Assembly (NCBI RefSeq): GCF_003514505.1
Contig: NZ_DOPX01000028.1
Location: forward strand, 11,964-75,963
Length of the DNA stretch: 64,000 nt
Origin: Proteiniclasticum sp.
GTDB lineage: Bacteria; Bacillota; Clostridia; Clostridiales; Clostridiaceae
Direction of reading: 5' to 3'
A program made the translations under genes and the position numbers. Shown in pieces: positions 10,529 through 19,884 of the stretch (position 1 is its first letter; each line of letters begins with the position of its first letter). A model generated the notes under the pieces. It was not told the origin of the DNA. It made no database searches and saw only the letters and a program-made list of their open reading frames with translations.

Positions 10529-11474
10529 CTTTCATCATCAGTGCCTGCTTCTTTCTCAACTTCTTCTCTTTATGGTTCATAAAAAACTCTTTAATTTCTC
10601 GTCTATTTGTTGCGATGGTAAAAACAGCGGTAAAGACCATAATGAGTAAAAATAAAACAAAGGAAAGGGCGGATGCATAACCGTAGTTTCGATAAACAAA
10701 AGCCATGTTATAGATGTATACAATCATTGTGTTCAGACTGCCTTCCGGGAAACCTTTGCCGTCGGTAATGAGAAACGGTATGTCAAAAAGCTGAAGACCA
10801 CCAATAAGCCCTGTCACCATGACATACATCAGGATGGGTTTAATAGAGGGTATGGTGATGTTTTTCATGATCTGAAGTCTGGTGGCACCGTCAATTCTTG
10901 CAGCTTCAAATGTTTCTTTACTTACTGCCTGCACAGAAGCCATGAACAGAATAAACGAGTTGCCAAACCACATCCAAGTCTGAATACCTGAAACACTCAT
11001 CTGAGCCAGAATAGGCTTTGTAAGCCAACCAATGGCTTGATCGATCCATCCGATGTTAAAGAGAACCTGATTCACCACTCCATAATCCCGATCTAGAAGT
11101 TTAAAGAAAATCAACGCTATGGTCGCAGAAGCGATGAGATTCGGCAGATAAAACACCACGCGGAAGAATCCCAGCCCTTTGACTTTGTATTTGATGTCTG
11201 AAAAAATCATCACCAGCAGAAATGCCAAAAAGATCTGGAAAAATATGTTCACAGCCCAGATTCTGATGGTATTGAAGAACGCATCCACCACATTGGGATC
11301 ATTGAAAACCAGCTTGAAATTCTCCGCTCCAATAAACACTTGTGGTCCATAGCCCTTATATCTGGTCATAGAAAGATAGAGTGTAAACAGAATCGGATAT
11401 ACATTAAATAATGCAAACACCAGGAAAAATGGTGTGATGAAAAAATATCCTTTCCTTTCCTTTGTTTTTCTCAT
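10503..11474 (-). CDS. Carbohydrate ABC transporter permease (MalF-like)
   Basis: EAARIDGAT EAA loop, YGYASA motif; GGAGG RBS before ATG 11474. Confidence 0.93.
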   Translation of the reverse strand: MRKTKERKGYFFITPFFLVFALFNVYPILFTLYLSMTRYKGYGPQVFIGAENFKLVFNDPNVVDAFFNTIRIWAVNIFFQIFLAFLLVMIFSDIKYKVKGLGFFRVVFYLPNLIASATIALIFFKLLDRDYGVVNQVLFNIGWIDQAIGWLTKPILAQMSVSGIQTWMWFGNSFILFMASVQAVSKETFEAARIDGATRLQIMKNITIPSIKPILMYVMVTGLIGGLQLFDIPFLITDGKGFPEGSLNTMIVYIYNMAFVYRNYGYASALSFVLFLLIMVFTAVFTIATNRREIKEFFMNHKEKKLRKKQALMMKGGDSLERQ

Positions 11475-11485
11475 TTTTACCTCCA

Positions 11486-11520
11486 TATGCAAAAGTAGAC
11501 ATTACGTCTACTTCTGCATA
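11486..11520 (-). promoter_or_regulatory. Intercistronic stem-loop between the solute-binding protein and permease genes
   Basis: TATGCAAAAGTAGAC-ATTAC-GTCTACTTCTGCATA, about 15-bp stem without a clear U tract; usual position for an mRNA-stabilising hairpin in ABC operons. Confidence 0.6.
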
Positions 11521-11528
11521 GTTTTTGT

Positions 11529-13067
11529 TTATTCAGTTGGCAGTCCATCCACATAGATTTCAGGATATGTTACCTTCACATCATTGTAGAATGCAGTCAG
11601 CACATCCGCTACGGAAGCATAACCTGCAGAACCCTGCTTGTAATTTGTGATATGGATGCCTAGAAGATCATTTAGTCCTCTGTCATACACAGTAACGTTG
11701 GATAGATCAATCTTGGAAGCTTCTTCACTGAACACCTCCAGGTGATTCATGCCGCCTAGGGATTCTCTTCCAGCATAGTCAGCGATGACTGGTGCCATAA
11801 CAGATTCAACAGAATACATGTCTCCGTCAGCCGCCTGTCTCTCTGCAAGTCTTTCCTTGTCAAACAGCATGGACTTCAGGAATGCAAATGCTGCTTCTGG
11901 ATTCTTTGAGTCTGCGTTAACTCCAAGATAAGTTCCACCCCAGAAATAAGAGTTAGGACCTGAAGCCATACCCCAGTTGCCTTTAAACGCTGCCTTTTCA
12001 TACTCGTCTTTCTTTGCCTGGTCAGCGTCCTCTGCTGGCTTAGGCAGTGTGTTGCCACTGGCATCCACTTTTTCCATGTTTGGTTCGATAATATACTTTA
12101 GACCCCATGTTGGCATGGAGTATGCCATAACCTGCCAGCTCTTTCCTTCTGCATCTGTCAGATCCTTATCCATGGCATCAAACCAAGGACCACTCCACTC
12201 AGCTGCATTGGCTGTCAAGGAATCACTGATGGTCTCTCCATACATACCCTTAACCAGATTGATGTAAGGAATCTGCTCTTTGATTTTCGCAGGATTCAGC
12301 TTTCCATCTTCTCCAATCCACTTAGCAGGATCATTGGTTCCTGCTGCAAAGTGTCTTACAGCCTGATCATCTGGGAATAAACGCCAGTTTGGATTGAACT
12401 CCTTCACTTCCACCTGAGCCTGTAGCATGTTGTCAATGGTATTGAACTTGTTTTCGTTCATCCAGTTTGTGACAGCAGCGTTATAATCATCTGTACCCTC
12501 AGCTGGGAAGCCTGGTTCTGTTCCCCAAACTTCAGCAGCCATATCTGTCTTGAAGAAAATAGCGCCTGGTGTTACCTGCCATGATAATGCGGCAAGCTTT
12601 CCGGTTGCAGGATCAATTCCAGACTGCCAGATGTATTCAGCATAATCCGCTTTTTCAGCAGCCAGATCCACATCTTTATCGTTCTCCATCATGGTTTCAA
12701 TATCCGCATAGTATCCAGCTTCAATAAACTGCTTGATATGATCGAGCTCGCCTGTAAAAACGTCTGGTCCATTTCCGGAGGACAGAGCTGGTAAAATCTT
12801 ATCCATGTAACCATCCTGAATGGATACAGCTACAAATTCTACTTCCATTCCAGCAAACGGCTTTCCGTCTGCAGTATACAGCTCCTTAAAGTTATCAATA
12901 TCACCAGCGGTCTGAAGTTCATCTGTAAAAGACCAGATTACCAACTTCTCATTGGAATAGTCCTTATTTGGATCAACCTCCACAGAAGGTGCATCCTCTT
13001 TCTTGCCACAGGCAGAAAGAACAACCATAGACGCCAGTAAGAATGAAAGAATTTTTTTGATATTCAT
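11529..13067 (-). CDS. Sugar ABC transporter solute-binding lipoprotein
   Basis: Lipoprotein signal with LSAC lipobox; GPDVF and FWGGTYLGV motifs of family-1 solute-binding proteins; next to two permeases. Confidence 0.9.
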   Translation of the reverse strand: MNIKKILSFLLASMVVLSACGKKEDAPSVEVDPNKDYSNEKLVIWSFTDELQTAGDIDNFKELYTADGKPFAGMEVEFVAVSIQDGYMDKILPALSSGNGPDVFTGELDHIKQFIEAGYYADIETMMENDKDVDLAAEKADYAEYIWQSGIDPATGKLAALSWQVTPGAIFFKTDMAAEVWGTEPGFPAEGTDDYNAAVTNWMNENKFNTIDNMLQAQVEVKEFNPNWRLFPDDQAVRHFAAGTNDPAKWIGEDGKLNPAKIKEQIPYINLVKGMYGETISDSLTANAAEWSGPWFDAMDKDLTDAEGKSWQVMAYSMPTWGLKYIIEPNMEKVDASGNTLPKPAEDADQAKKDEYEKAAFKGNWGMASGPNSYFWGGTYLGVNADSKNPEAAFAFLKSMLFDKERLAERQAADGDMYSVESVMAPVIADYAGRESLGGMNHLEVFSEEASKIDLSNVTVYDRGLNDLLGIHITNYKQGSAGYASVADVLTAFYNDVKVTYPEIYVDGLPTE

Positions 13068-13119
13068 CCGATTAACCCCTTTTTAAAGTTTTTTCAACAC
13101 ACAGTAATGTCGTACCCAT

Positions 13120-13149
13120 AATATAACACAATCACGAAAGCGGTTTCAA
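13120..13149 (-). promoter_or_regulatory. SigA-type promoter of the ABC/GH149 unit with overlapping LacI-type operator (13136-13147)
   Basis: Minus strand TTGAAA-18 nt-TATATT with TGn extension; palindrome GAAAGCGGTTTC overlaps the -35. Confidence 0.7.
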
Positions 13150-13411
13150 TGCTTTTTCGAAAGATTTTTTAAAAAATGAAAACCTTTTTATCTTTATTGA
13201 ACCACCACTCATCGAAGATGCCATTTTGCTCTCCATCATTAAAAAAGATTGATTTAATCTTCTAACACATTGATATTCAATGACTTTCGACTTTTCAGCA
13301 GATAACAGCCGTTCAGAAAAGTCATCCTGATCAGAATAAAATGATCTAGAACCCCAGTCATAACCCACATGAAGAAAACGGACTGTTTCAGCGCTTAATC
13401 CCGCAATTTTC

Positions 13412-13423
13412 GAAACCGCTTTC
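13412..13423. promoter_or_regulatory. Second LacI-type operator
   Basis: GAAACCGCTTTC is the exact reverse complement of the 13136-13147 site. Confidence 0.55.
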
Positions 13424-13425
13424 CT

Positions 13426-14778
13426 TTAATCAACCATAAATGTTGTAATGGAATGATCCGGAAGATTGATGTTTATCCCTTGACCATCCACCACCAGAGC
13501 CAGCTCCGCGATAAAACCTTCATTCTGAGCAACCACAACAATCCGGCCGTCAGGATTACGGAACGCCACTGCATATACCCCTTCTTTTGTGACACTGATC
13601 TCCAGCCTTTTCGCCCCTACAGCGATATATTTCGAAAAATGACCAATATAGTAATACGAATTATTATAGATCAGCCTCTTCTGGTTGCGGTCATACATCA
13701 ATGGTGCTTCACAGTAATTGTGGACATGGTTCGGTCCCCCAATCTCATTCAGCACGAGATTCCAGTCAATCCACCCTCGGCTCCAGTTGTTAAAGTCACC
13801 AATGATGTTTCGGCCATATCTTTCCCCATTGGACCAAGAGCCCAAATACCCATTGTGCACCGCATTTTCAGAGGTGGTTGTCAGCTCCACGCACCCCTCT
13901 GTAAAAAGGAGATGCTTCTCTGGATACAAGTTATGAAGCGCTGTAAGATTTTCGAAAGCTTCACTGACATACCAGTGATTTCCCACACCCCACACATACT
14001 TTGCCGCTTCTTTGTCTGAAAGCACCACAGACCCACGTTCCACGAGAACATCCCTATTGTGGTCCCACACAATGATCTCTGTACCGGGATGAGCTTCTTT
14101 CAGCACTGGCCCAAGATGATTCTTAATAAAATCTCTCTCTTCCTCAGCCGTATAGATACAGGAATCCCAAGTCTGGGTGGCGAGCGGTTCATTTTGTATG
14201 CTCACCGCCCAGATGTCAATGCCACGCTTCTTCATCTCCTCAATGTATCTCACATAATATTTCGCCCAGGTTTCGCTGTATTCCGGAAGAAGTTTTCCGC
14301 CATAGTTCATTTCACCTGTATCTTTCATATAACCCGGCGGGCTCCAAGGAGACGCAAGAAGCTTCAGAGGCTCCCCTGCATACCCCTCAGCATCTTTGAT
14401 CATCGGAACAACCCACTTGTCTTCTCTGGAGAGATCAAAGCTGCGAAGATCCTGATCCCCCTCTTCCACATAAACATAATTTTCAAGCGAGAAGTCACAC
14501 GAATTAATATGAACTCTCCCCAGAACATACCCCAAACCTTCCGATTTCGAAAAATAGGCACGAAGCGCTTCCTGCCTCACCATTTCAGGAGCTTCGGATA
14601 ACGTGTACGCCGCAGATTCCGTAAATGCGCCACCAAAGCCCATGAACTCCTGATACTCCATCTGGCTGTTCACGACGATCACAGGCCTCTTTGCATCATA
14701 AGACCCCATTTCCCTATCAGGCAGTGTTTTCCAGAATTTCAATTCTCTCTTTTCAGACCTTACCGCTTTAATTTTCAT
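13426..14778 (-). CDS. Glycoside hydrolase family 30 (glucosylceramidase-like beta-glucosidase/beta-1,6-glucanase), cytoplasmic
   Basis: GFGGAFTES, SCDFS, ASPWSPP, QNEP (acid/base), WDHN, TEGC (nucleophile), WIDWNLVL; no signal peptide. Confidence 0.92.
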   Translation of the reverse strand: MKIKAVRSEKRELKFWKTLPDREMGSYDAKRPVIVVNSQMEYQEFMGFGGAFTESAAYTLSEAPEMVRQEALRAYFSKSEGLGYVLGRVHINSCDFSLENYVYVEEGDQDLRSFDLSREDKWVVPMIKDAEGYAGEPLKLLASPWSPPGYMKDTGEMNYGGKLLPEYSETWAKYYVRYIEEMKKRGIDIWAVSIQNEPLATQTWDSCIYTAEEERDFIKNHLGPVLKEAHPGTEIIVWDHNRDVLVERGSVVLSDKEAAKYVWGVGNHWYVSEAFENLTALHNLYPEKHLLFTEGCVELTTTSENAVHNGYLGSWSNGERYGRNIIGDFNNWSRGWIDWNLVLNEIGGPNHVHNYCEAPLMYDRNQKRLIYNNSYYYIGHFSKYIAVGAKRLEISVTKEGVYAVAFRNPDGRIVVVAQNEGFIAELALVVDGQGININLPDHSITTFMVD

Positions 14779-17700
14779 AATTCCTCCTTAACCTTATACA
14801 CCATGACAATCTGCTTCACTTGTCGTTCTCGAACTTTATGCGCCAATTCACCGCTTATGGATGAACATTTTTCCCCATCCACCTTATAATAATCAACAGC
14901 CACCTGTTCTGAATAGGTTGGGAGCCCCGTAGCATTCTCAATAATGAACTCAATTTCTGAAAAGAGTGTCGTTCTCAAACGTCCCTCCACAAAGAAATCC
15001 ACATTCAGCACTGGTTCGGGCGTAAACCTCAAGGTGTCTGTATAGGTGAACAGCATTTTTCCAAACATCATGTGCTGCCAGATACTGAGCATCTCCGAAG
15101 TGGACCCACTGAGTCTGGCCACAAATCCCTGACCATGAACACTTCTGTTTGGATTGAGACTGCTTGCGATGAAACTTGAGTTCTCCAGTGTGGAACGCCC
15201 ATAAATCTGCGGGTCCATGAAACAGACCAGGTTCATTTTGATTTCTTCAAAGAACAAGTCATAAAGACCTCCCTTCAATAGGCCCAGAAGATATTTATAC
15301 GTCATATGAAGGAAATTACTCTCCCGCTCCAGCCATCCTGGCGAGAAAGCTCTGATTCTGCCAATTTCGTAGCTCATCTCCTCCAGAGACTCACTGGTCT
15401 TATAAGTATTCAGCACCTCATCGTAGATACCTGAGTTCCTGACCAGGTGATATAGCCTCTGATTTTCTTCCCGCGACCCAATCTTATAGTATCTTGCAGG
15501 AGCTTCCAAGAAAAACGGAAGTTTTATCAGTTCAAAAGCTTTTGCGCGAACGGCCTGTAACCCATAAAAGGTTCGCCCCTCCAGCATTTCATAGTCACTG
15601 ACTTCATAATGCAGATATGTAGGCAGCATACCGCCATGGAAAGACTTCGCCCGGTCAATTCCATCCAGGAGTTTCCTTTCGATCAGCTCAAGAAACTCAA
15701 CAGTTTCTTCGACTCCCATAATCTTCTCTGTACCGGTGATTTCATACTGAATCTTCTTTCTGAAACCTTCTCTAAGAGAGGACATCTCATCCCATTGGTC
15801 AAAAAGAGACAGCCCCTTCGAAAGGACTTCTACAATCCCCCGATAGAGTTCATAAGTTACATCCAACACACTCACAGGGTCTGTCAGATTATTCTTGAGA
15901 AATCTCACCACACGGACCAGTTCCACAGTTTCGCTCATCCCAGAACCAAATACCCCTGGAAGACCATTCATGGCATCGTTCCAGCCAGGCCTGTTGGCCT
16001 CCATTTCCATCCCCATTCCATAAGGATCCAGTGTAGTAAACTTCACAAGGATAAGATTCAGAAGCTTCTGAGCAAGGTTCGTCTCATAGATTCTTCCGTC
16101 CACCATTCTCCAGTTAGACTGTTCAAAGCGGATGGAATGCTTCTCTTCTTTGATGGCACCATACTGTCTGATCGTCCCATTTTCAGTGAGCCCGTACTTC
16201 TCATGTCTTGGCAGCACATAGGCAGGGCTCTCATAATACCGGTATGTCTTATCTTCAAACAAAAGCTCCTGAAGCTGATCCGGGTAAACACTGAGATAAG
16301 TTTCAATCAGATCAAAATTATACGTCCAATGATCAGACCAGTACCCTTCTCCGAATACCGCCTCAGTATGCTGCTCAGACATTTCCAGAAGCCTTGATAA
16401 AAACTCCTCTTCACGGACAAGAAGCTTGATTTCTTCACGCTGGATCCTCATCATAACAGCTCCCGGTGTAAAATGATCAGCAAGAATCTCTTTCAGCTGT
16501 TCCTGACCCGAAAGAATATAGTTTTCCAGGAGATTATTTGCAGCTTCCGTATCTATGGTGAAAGTAGTGCCTTGAACCCCCAATGGGTTGTATCCATCCA
16601 GCTGCAGAAGATTCATGAACATCTTCACATTAAACAGACCCGCCTCTGGCACGAAAAGAACATCATTACGCCTGTTCTGATTCACATCCCGATAGTTTCC
16701 ATTTCCCTGAGAGTAAAACTCGGGGGCTAGAGAATAAAAATTATAGTCCCGCTCTGGGTCTCCATGCTTTCTGGAGAACACATGATAGACTTTCTTCTTA
16801 TCTCCTTCCCCAAAGATGAGCGGATAGCCTCCGCGCAAGGTATTGTCCAAAAAGTTCTGTTTCAGATACGCATCGAAAACAGGGAATCCGGATTCTGTTT
16901 CTATGACACGAACCATATCATCGATGATGTTCTCCGCCTCAAGAAGCTTATGAGAAATATAGGCTCCTTTGGCAAAAGAGGAAGCTCTCTCGTTGATGAT
17001 CTCCACATCAGAAACATTGCCGATGATGGTATGGAGGTGAAGATGCTCTCCAGCCCCAAGGATTTTAAATACCGGCGTAAAGCCGCAAGGTACTTGATTG
17101 ACCAGTATCTGATTCTGAAGATCCCACTCTTGAAGACTTTGGTTCTCCATATGAACCGGCACAGTAAGTGAAGTGTCATATCCGAAAATCTTCTCCAGAT
17201 CCACAACCGGCTTGATCAGCTCTCCATCCTCCAGAAAAGAAAGATAGAAATGCCCCTTCTGATTCATGGAGATTTCTGCATCATCCCCACTGGATGCTTT
17301 GAACTTATAAAAGGGAATATGATTTTCTATATTCTCGACGCCCATCCAGGAAACCATGAGATTTGACATATTCTTATAGGTTTCATTGGTTGTGCCTGAG
17401 GGAAGAATATTAGCAAGACCATCTACAATCTCAATGGCTCTCTGACTTCCTTCATTGATGATTTCAACCTTTCTGACAAGCCCAGCCACCGGTTCATTCA
17501 CAAGTCCAAAATATGTGACCTTGTACGTAATCTTACGGGTCTTATTGACTTCCACTATAGAAAAATGCCCCCGGGAAATCTGCATATCTCTCTGCACTTC
17601 ATCTTGGCTGCTCACAGCAAAGGGTTCGTATACTTCCCCATCAACCTTCACGAAACTGCGGAATCCATATCGGTCCACATACTGATAGCTCGTATTGGCG

Positions 17701-17891
17701 GGAAAGAATTCCTGTATCGGCTCATTTTTGTCTCGAACACCAAAACTGGTGATGCCTTGGCCCCGATTGGCATAAAATGCCCATAAAGGAATTCCATACA
17801 ACCCTGCAATCCCTGGCAGAAAACTGGAAAAGGGTTTCCCTTTATCGTAATTTTCTATGATAAAATCCTTATTTTTAAAATAATAGCGCAT
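14775..17891 (-). CDS. Putative GH161-family beta-1,3-glucan phosphorylase
   Basis: 1038 aa. FSSFLPGIAGLYGIPLWAFYANRGQ, DNTLRGGYP, SRKHGDPERDYN, GYWSDHW, RPGWNDAMNGLPG, GWLERESNFLHM, GFVARLSGST. Confidence 0.82.
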   Translation of the reverse strand: MRYYFKNKDFIIENYDKGKPFSSFLPGIAGLYGIPLWAFYANRGQGITSFGVRDKNEPIQEFFPANTSYQYVDRYGFRSFVKVDGEVYEPFAVSSQDEVQRDMQISRGHFSIVEVNKTRKITYKVTYFGLVNEPVAGLVRKVEIINEGSQRAIEIVDGLANILPSGTTNETYKNMSNLMVSWMGVENIENHIPFYKFKASSGDDAEISMNQKGHFYLSFLEDGELIKPVVDLEKIFGYDTSLTVPVHMENQSLQEWDLQNQILVNQVPCGFTPVFKILGAGEHLHLHTIIGNVSDVEIINERASSFAKGAYISHKLLEAENIIDDMVRVIETESGFPVFDAYLKQNFLDNTLRGGYPLIFGEGDKKKVYHVFSRKHGDPERDYNFYSLAPEFYSQGNGNYRDVNQNRRNDVLFVPEAGLFNVKMFMNLLQLDGYNPLGVQGTTFTIDTEAANNLLENYILSGQEQLKEILADHFTPGAVMMRIQREEIKLLVREEEFLSRLLEMSEQHTEAVFGEGYWSDHWTYNFDLIETYLSVYPDQLQELLFEDKTYRYYESPAYVLPRHEKYGLTENGTIRQYGAIKEEKHSIRFEQSNWRMVDGRIYETNLAQKLLNLILVKFTTLDPYGMGMEMEANRPGWNDAMNGLPGVFGSGMSETVELVRVVRFLKNNLTDPVSVLDVTYELYRGIVEVLSKGLSLFDQWDEMSSLREGFRKKIQYEITGTEKIMGVEETVEFLELIERKLLDGIDRAKSFHGGMLPTYLHYEVSDYEMLEGRTFYGLQAVRAKAFELIKLPFFLEAPARYYKIGSREENQRLYHLVRNSGIYDEVLNTYKTSESLEEMSYEIGRIRAFSPGWLERESNFLHMTYKYLLGLLKGGLYDLFFEEIKMNLVCFMDPQIYGRSTLENSSFIASSLNPNRSVHGQGFVARLSGSTSEMLSIWQHMMFGKMLFTYTDTLRFTPEPVLNVDFFVEGRLRTTLFSEIEFIIENATGLPTYSEQVAVDYYKVDGEKCSSISGELAHKVRERQVKQIVMVYKVKEEL

Positions 17892-17963
17892 AGTACCCCC
17901 TGATATACATCGAATAAATTACGCCGATTTCCTCTCTGCTATCTAGGTTTTCATCCAAATGCC

Positions 17964-18019
17964 AGTTAACGAAATCGGTTTCGTTAACTCTATAATATCA
18001 TAGGATTTCCTTAAAGCAA
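17964..18019 (-). promoter_or_regulatory. Promoter and main LacI-type operator of the GH161-GH30 unit
   Basis: 26-bp near-perfect palindrome AGTTAACGAAATCGGTTTCGTTAACT (17964-17989, central CG) just downstream of TTGCTT-16 nt-TATTAT with TGn extension. Confidence 0.78.
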
Positions 18020-18136
18020 ACAAAAGGTTTCCCTTTAGGAACGCCCTTTTAGTTTTACGCTTTGATATAACCAGATTCCTCAACACCTTTCATCAGAGCC
18101 CTCTAATTCAGGCCTCTCAGGAAACTCTAAAATGAA

Positions 18137-18171
18137 GAAGAGATCTGAAGTATCACCTCAGATCTCTTTTC
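18137..18171 (-). terminator. Intrinsic terminator after the LacI-family gene
   Basis: GAAGAGATCTGA...TCAGATCTCTTTTC inverted repeat. Confidence 0.6.
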
Positions 18172-18190
18172 CAGGTTTGACTATTCTATC

Positions 18191-19201
18191 TTATATCGTC
18201 GATTCCCGTATCACCAGTTCCACAGGAACTCGCTTTACAATACCGGGAACACTCTCTGTTTCATGATTGATCAGGGCAATGAGATGCTTTGCCGCCTCTC
18301 TGCCTATTCTGATCTTGTCCTGAGCAATGGTCGTCAAGGAAGGCGATGTATATTTGGTCAGCTCGATATTGTCGAATCCAACAACACTCACATCTTCTGG
18401 TATTCTGTACCCTAACTCTTTCAGCGCTCTGATTGCACCAAGGGCAATATCATCGCTGGCAGCATAAATAGCATCCGGAACACCTCCATACTGGCTGATT
18501 AGCTGATAAAGAGCATTTTTACCGCTGTTGAAATCATAGTTATTGGCTTCAATGATCAGCTTCTCATCGATTTCCACATCGGCCTTTCTTAAAACGTCTT
18601 TATACGCTTCTATACGCTCTTGCGCAGCAAAGGATCTCATAGGTCCTGCGATGTGGGCAATCTTCTTGGCCCCCTTTAGCCTCAGGTAGTTCAAAACCAT
18701 CCTTGTACCCTGATAATTGTCTGAAATGATCGTAGGTACGTTGAGAACGCCATTATCCACGGTGACAATGGGGATTCCGCTTTCTGTGAGCTCCTTCAGA
18801 CTGACATCATCCACATCGACAGTAACAATGAAGACTCCATCCACATTCTTATACTTGCACCATTCAAGATAGCTCAGAGACTGATGGCCCACTTTTTTAG
18901 AAACAAAAGTCACTTCATAACCCAAGTCTTCCACATAGGTCTTGAACGCCTCCAACACACCACTGAAAAAATGATGTTCCAGTCCGATATTCATATCTTC
19001 GCTGAAAAGCACTCCTATAGACCAGCTGTTTTTTGTGGCAAGCTGTCTTGCATTGGAATTCGGAACATATCCCATAAGCTTCGCAATCGCAATGATTTCT
19101 TCTTTTCTTTTCTTGCTGATTGTCGATGAGTTATTGAGCGCCTTTGAGACTGTACTGGACGAGCAACCAGCCTTTTTCGCAATATCGTAAATCGTCACCA
19201 T
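18191..19201 (-). CDS. LacI-family transcriptional regulator
   Basis: TIYDIAKKAGCSSSTVSKALN HTH, YVPNSNARQL hinge, PEDVSVVGFDN, PSLTTI. Confidence 0.96.
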   Translation of the reverse strand: MVTIYDIAKKAGCSSSTVSKALNNSSTISKKRKEEIIAIAKLMGYVPNSNARQLATKNSWSIGVLFSEDMNIGLEHHFFSGVLEAFKTYVEDLGYEVTFVSKKVGHQSLSYLEWCKYKNVDGVFIVTVDVDDVSLKELTESGIPIVTVDNGVLNVPTIISDNYQGTRMVLNYLRLKGAKKIAHIAGPMRSFAAQERIEAYKDVLRKADVEIDEKLIIEANNYDFNSGKNALYQLISQYGGVPDAIYAASDDIALGAIRALKELGYRIPEDVSVVGFDNIELTKYTSPSLTTIAQDKIRIGREAAKHLIALINHETESVPGIVKRVPVELVIRESTI

Positions 19202-19415
19202 TCTTCTATCTCCCTATACTGACTTCAAACCACACTCATTGTGGTTTGAACATTTCATAAAACTACAAATTCTATTCTCTTCTAAAAATTCTACACTACA
19301 AACCTTATTTCTTCAATCTTCTCCATATAATCTCTTTATTATTACTGGAGTATCAAAGGATATCTTCAACAAAAAAAGATGCAGCATGACGATTCACACT
19401 GCATCCTGATGGTAT

Positions 19416-19871
19416 TTAGCCTATTTCCTTCCCACAGCTTTTACAGAACCTGGCGTCCTCTTCATTGAGTTCCTTGCAATGGGGGCAGCGAATTCTAACG
19501 ACTTCCTTCTGCACACTTTTCGAAGAAGGTAGATCTATCTCTTCCAGTGCATCTTTCAGCATCCCCCCAGCGGCTTTCGTATAGGGAGTGAGATCTTCCC
19601 TGGCTTTTTCAGGGTCAAGCACAAGGCCAGACCCTGCGGCTCCTCTGGCCCCTAGATTCATCACAAAGGATCCGATGCCGATCAGAATAAAGCCAAAGAA
19701 CCCGTTTTGCATGAAGTTTCCTTCATGAGCGAAAGGGTCTCCTGTAAAGGCGATGAAAAAGACTGACAGGAAGAGGATGATGCCAATGCCCATCATGGCC
19801 ATGCCTGCATAGTACAGACCTTTCCTCTCCGGAGATATTTTCTTTTTGTCTCTTGGTTCCTGATTGTCCAA
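19416..19871 (-). CDS. Membrane protein with C-terminal zinc ribbon
   Basis: Two hydrophobic helices; CPHC...CKSCG at the C-terminus. Confidence 0.8.
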   Translation of the reverse strand: MDNQEPRDKKKISPERKGLYYAGMAMMGIGIILFLSVFFIAFTGDPFAHEGNFMQNGFFGFILIGIGSFVMNLGARGAAGSGLVLDPEKAREDLTPYTKAAGGMLKDALEEIDLPSSKSVQKEVVRIRCPHCKELNEEDARFCKSCGKEIG

Positions 19872-19884
19872 CGATACTCCTCCT

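Noticed and set aside
13132..13368. 78-aa minus-strand ORF between GH30 and the solute-binding protein
   Set aside because: Overlaps the promoter and operator, and has no convincing RBS or recognisable motif.
6000..19400. Glucan locus as an active mobile element
   Set aside because: No integrase, transposase, tRNA target or flanking direct repeats were seen.
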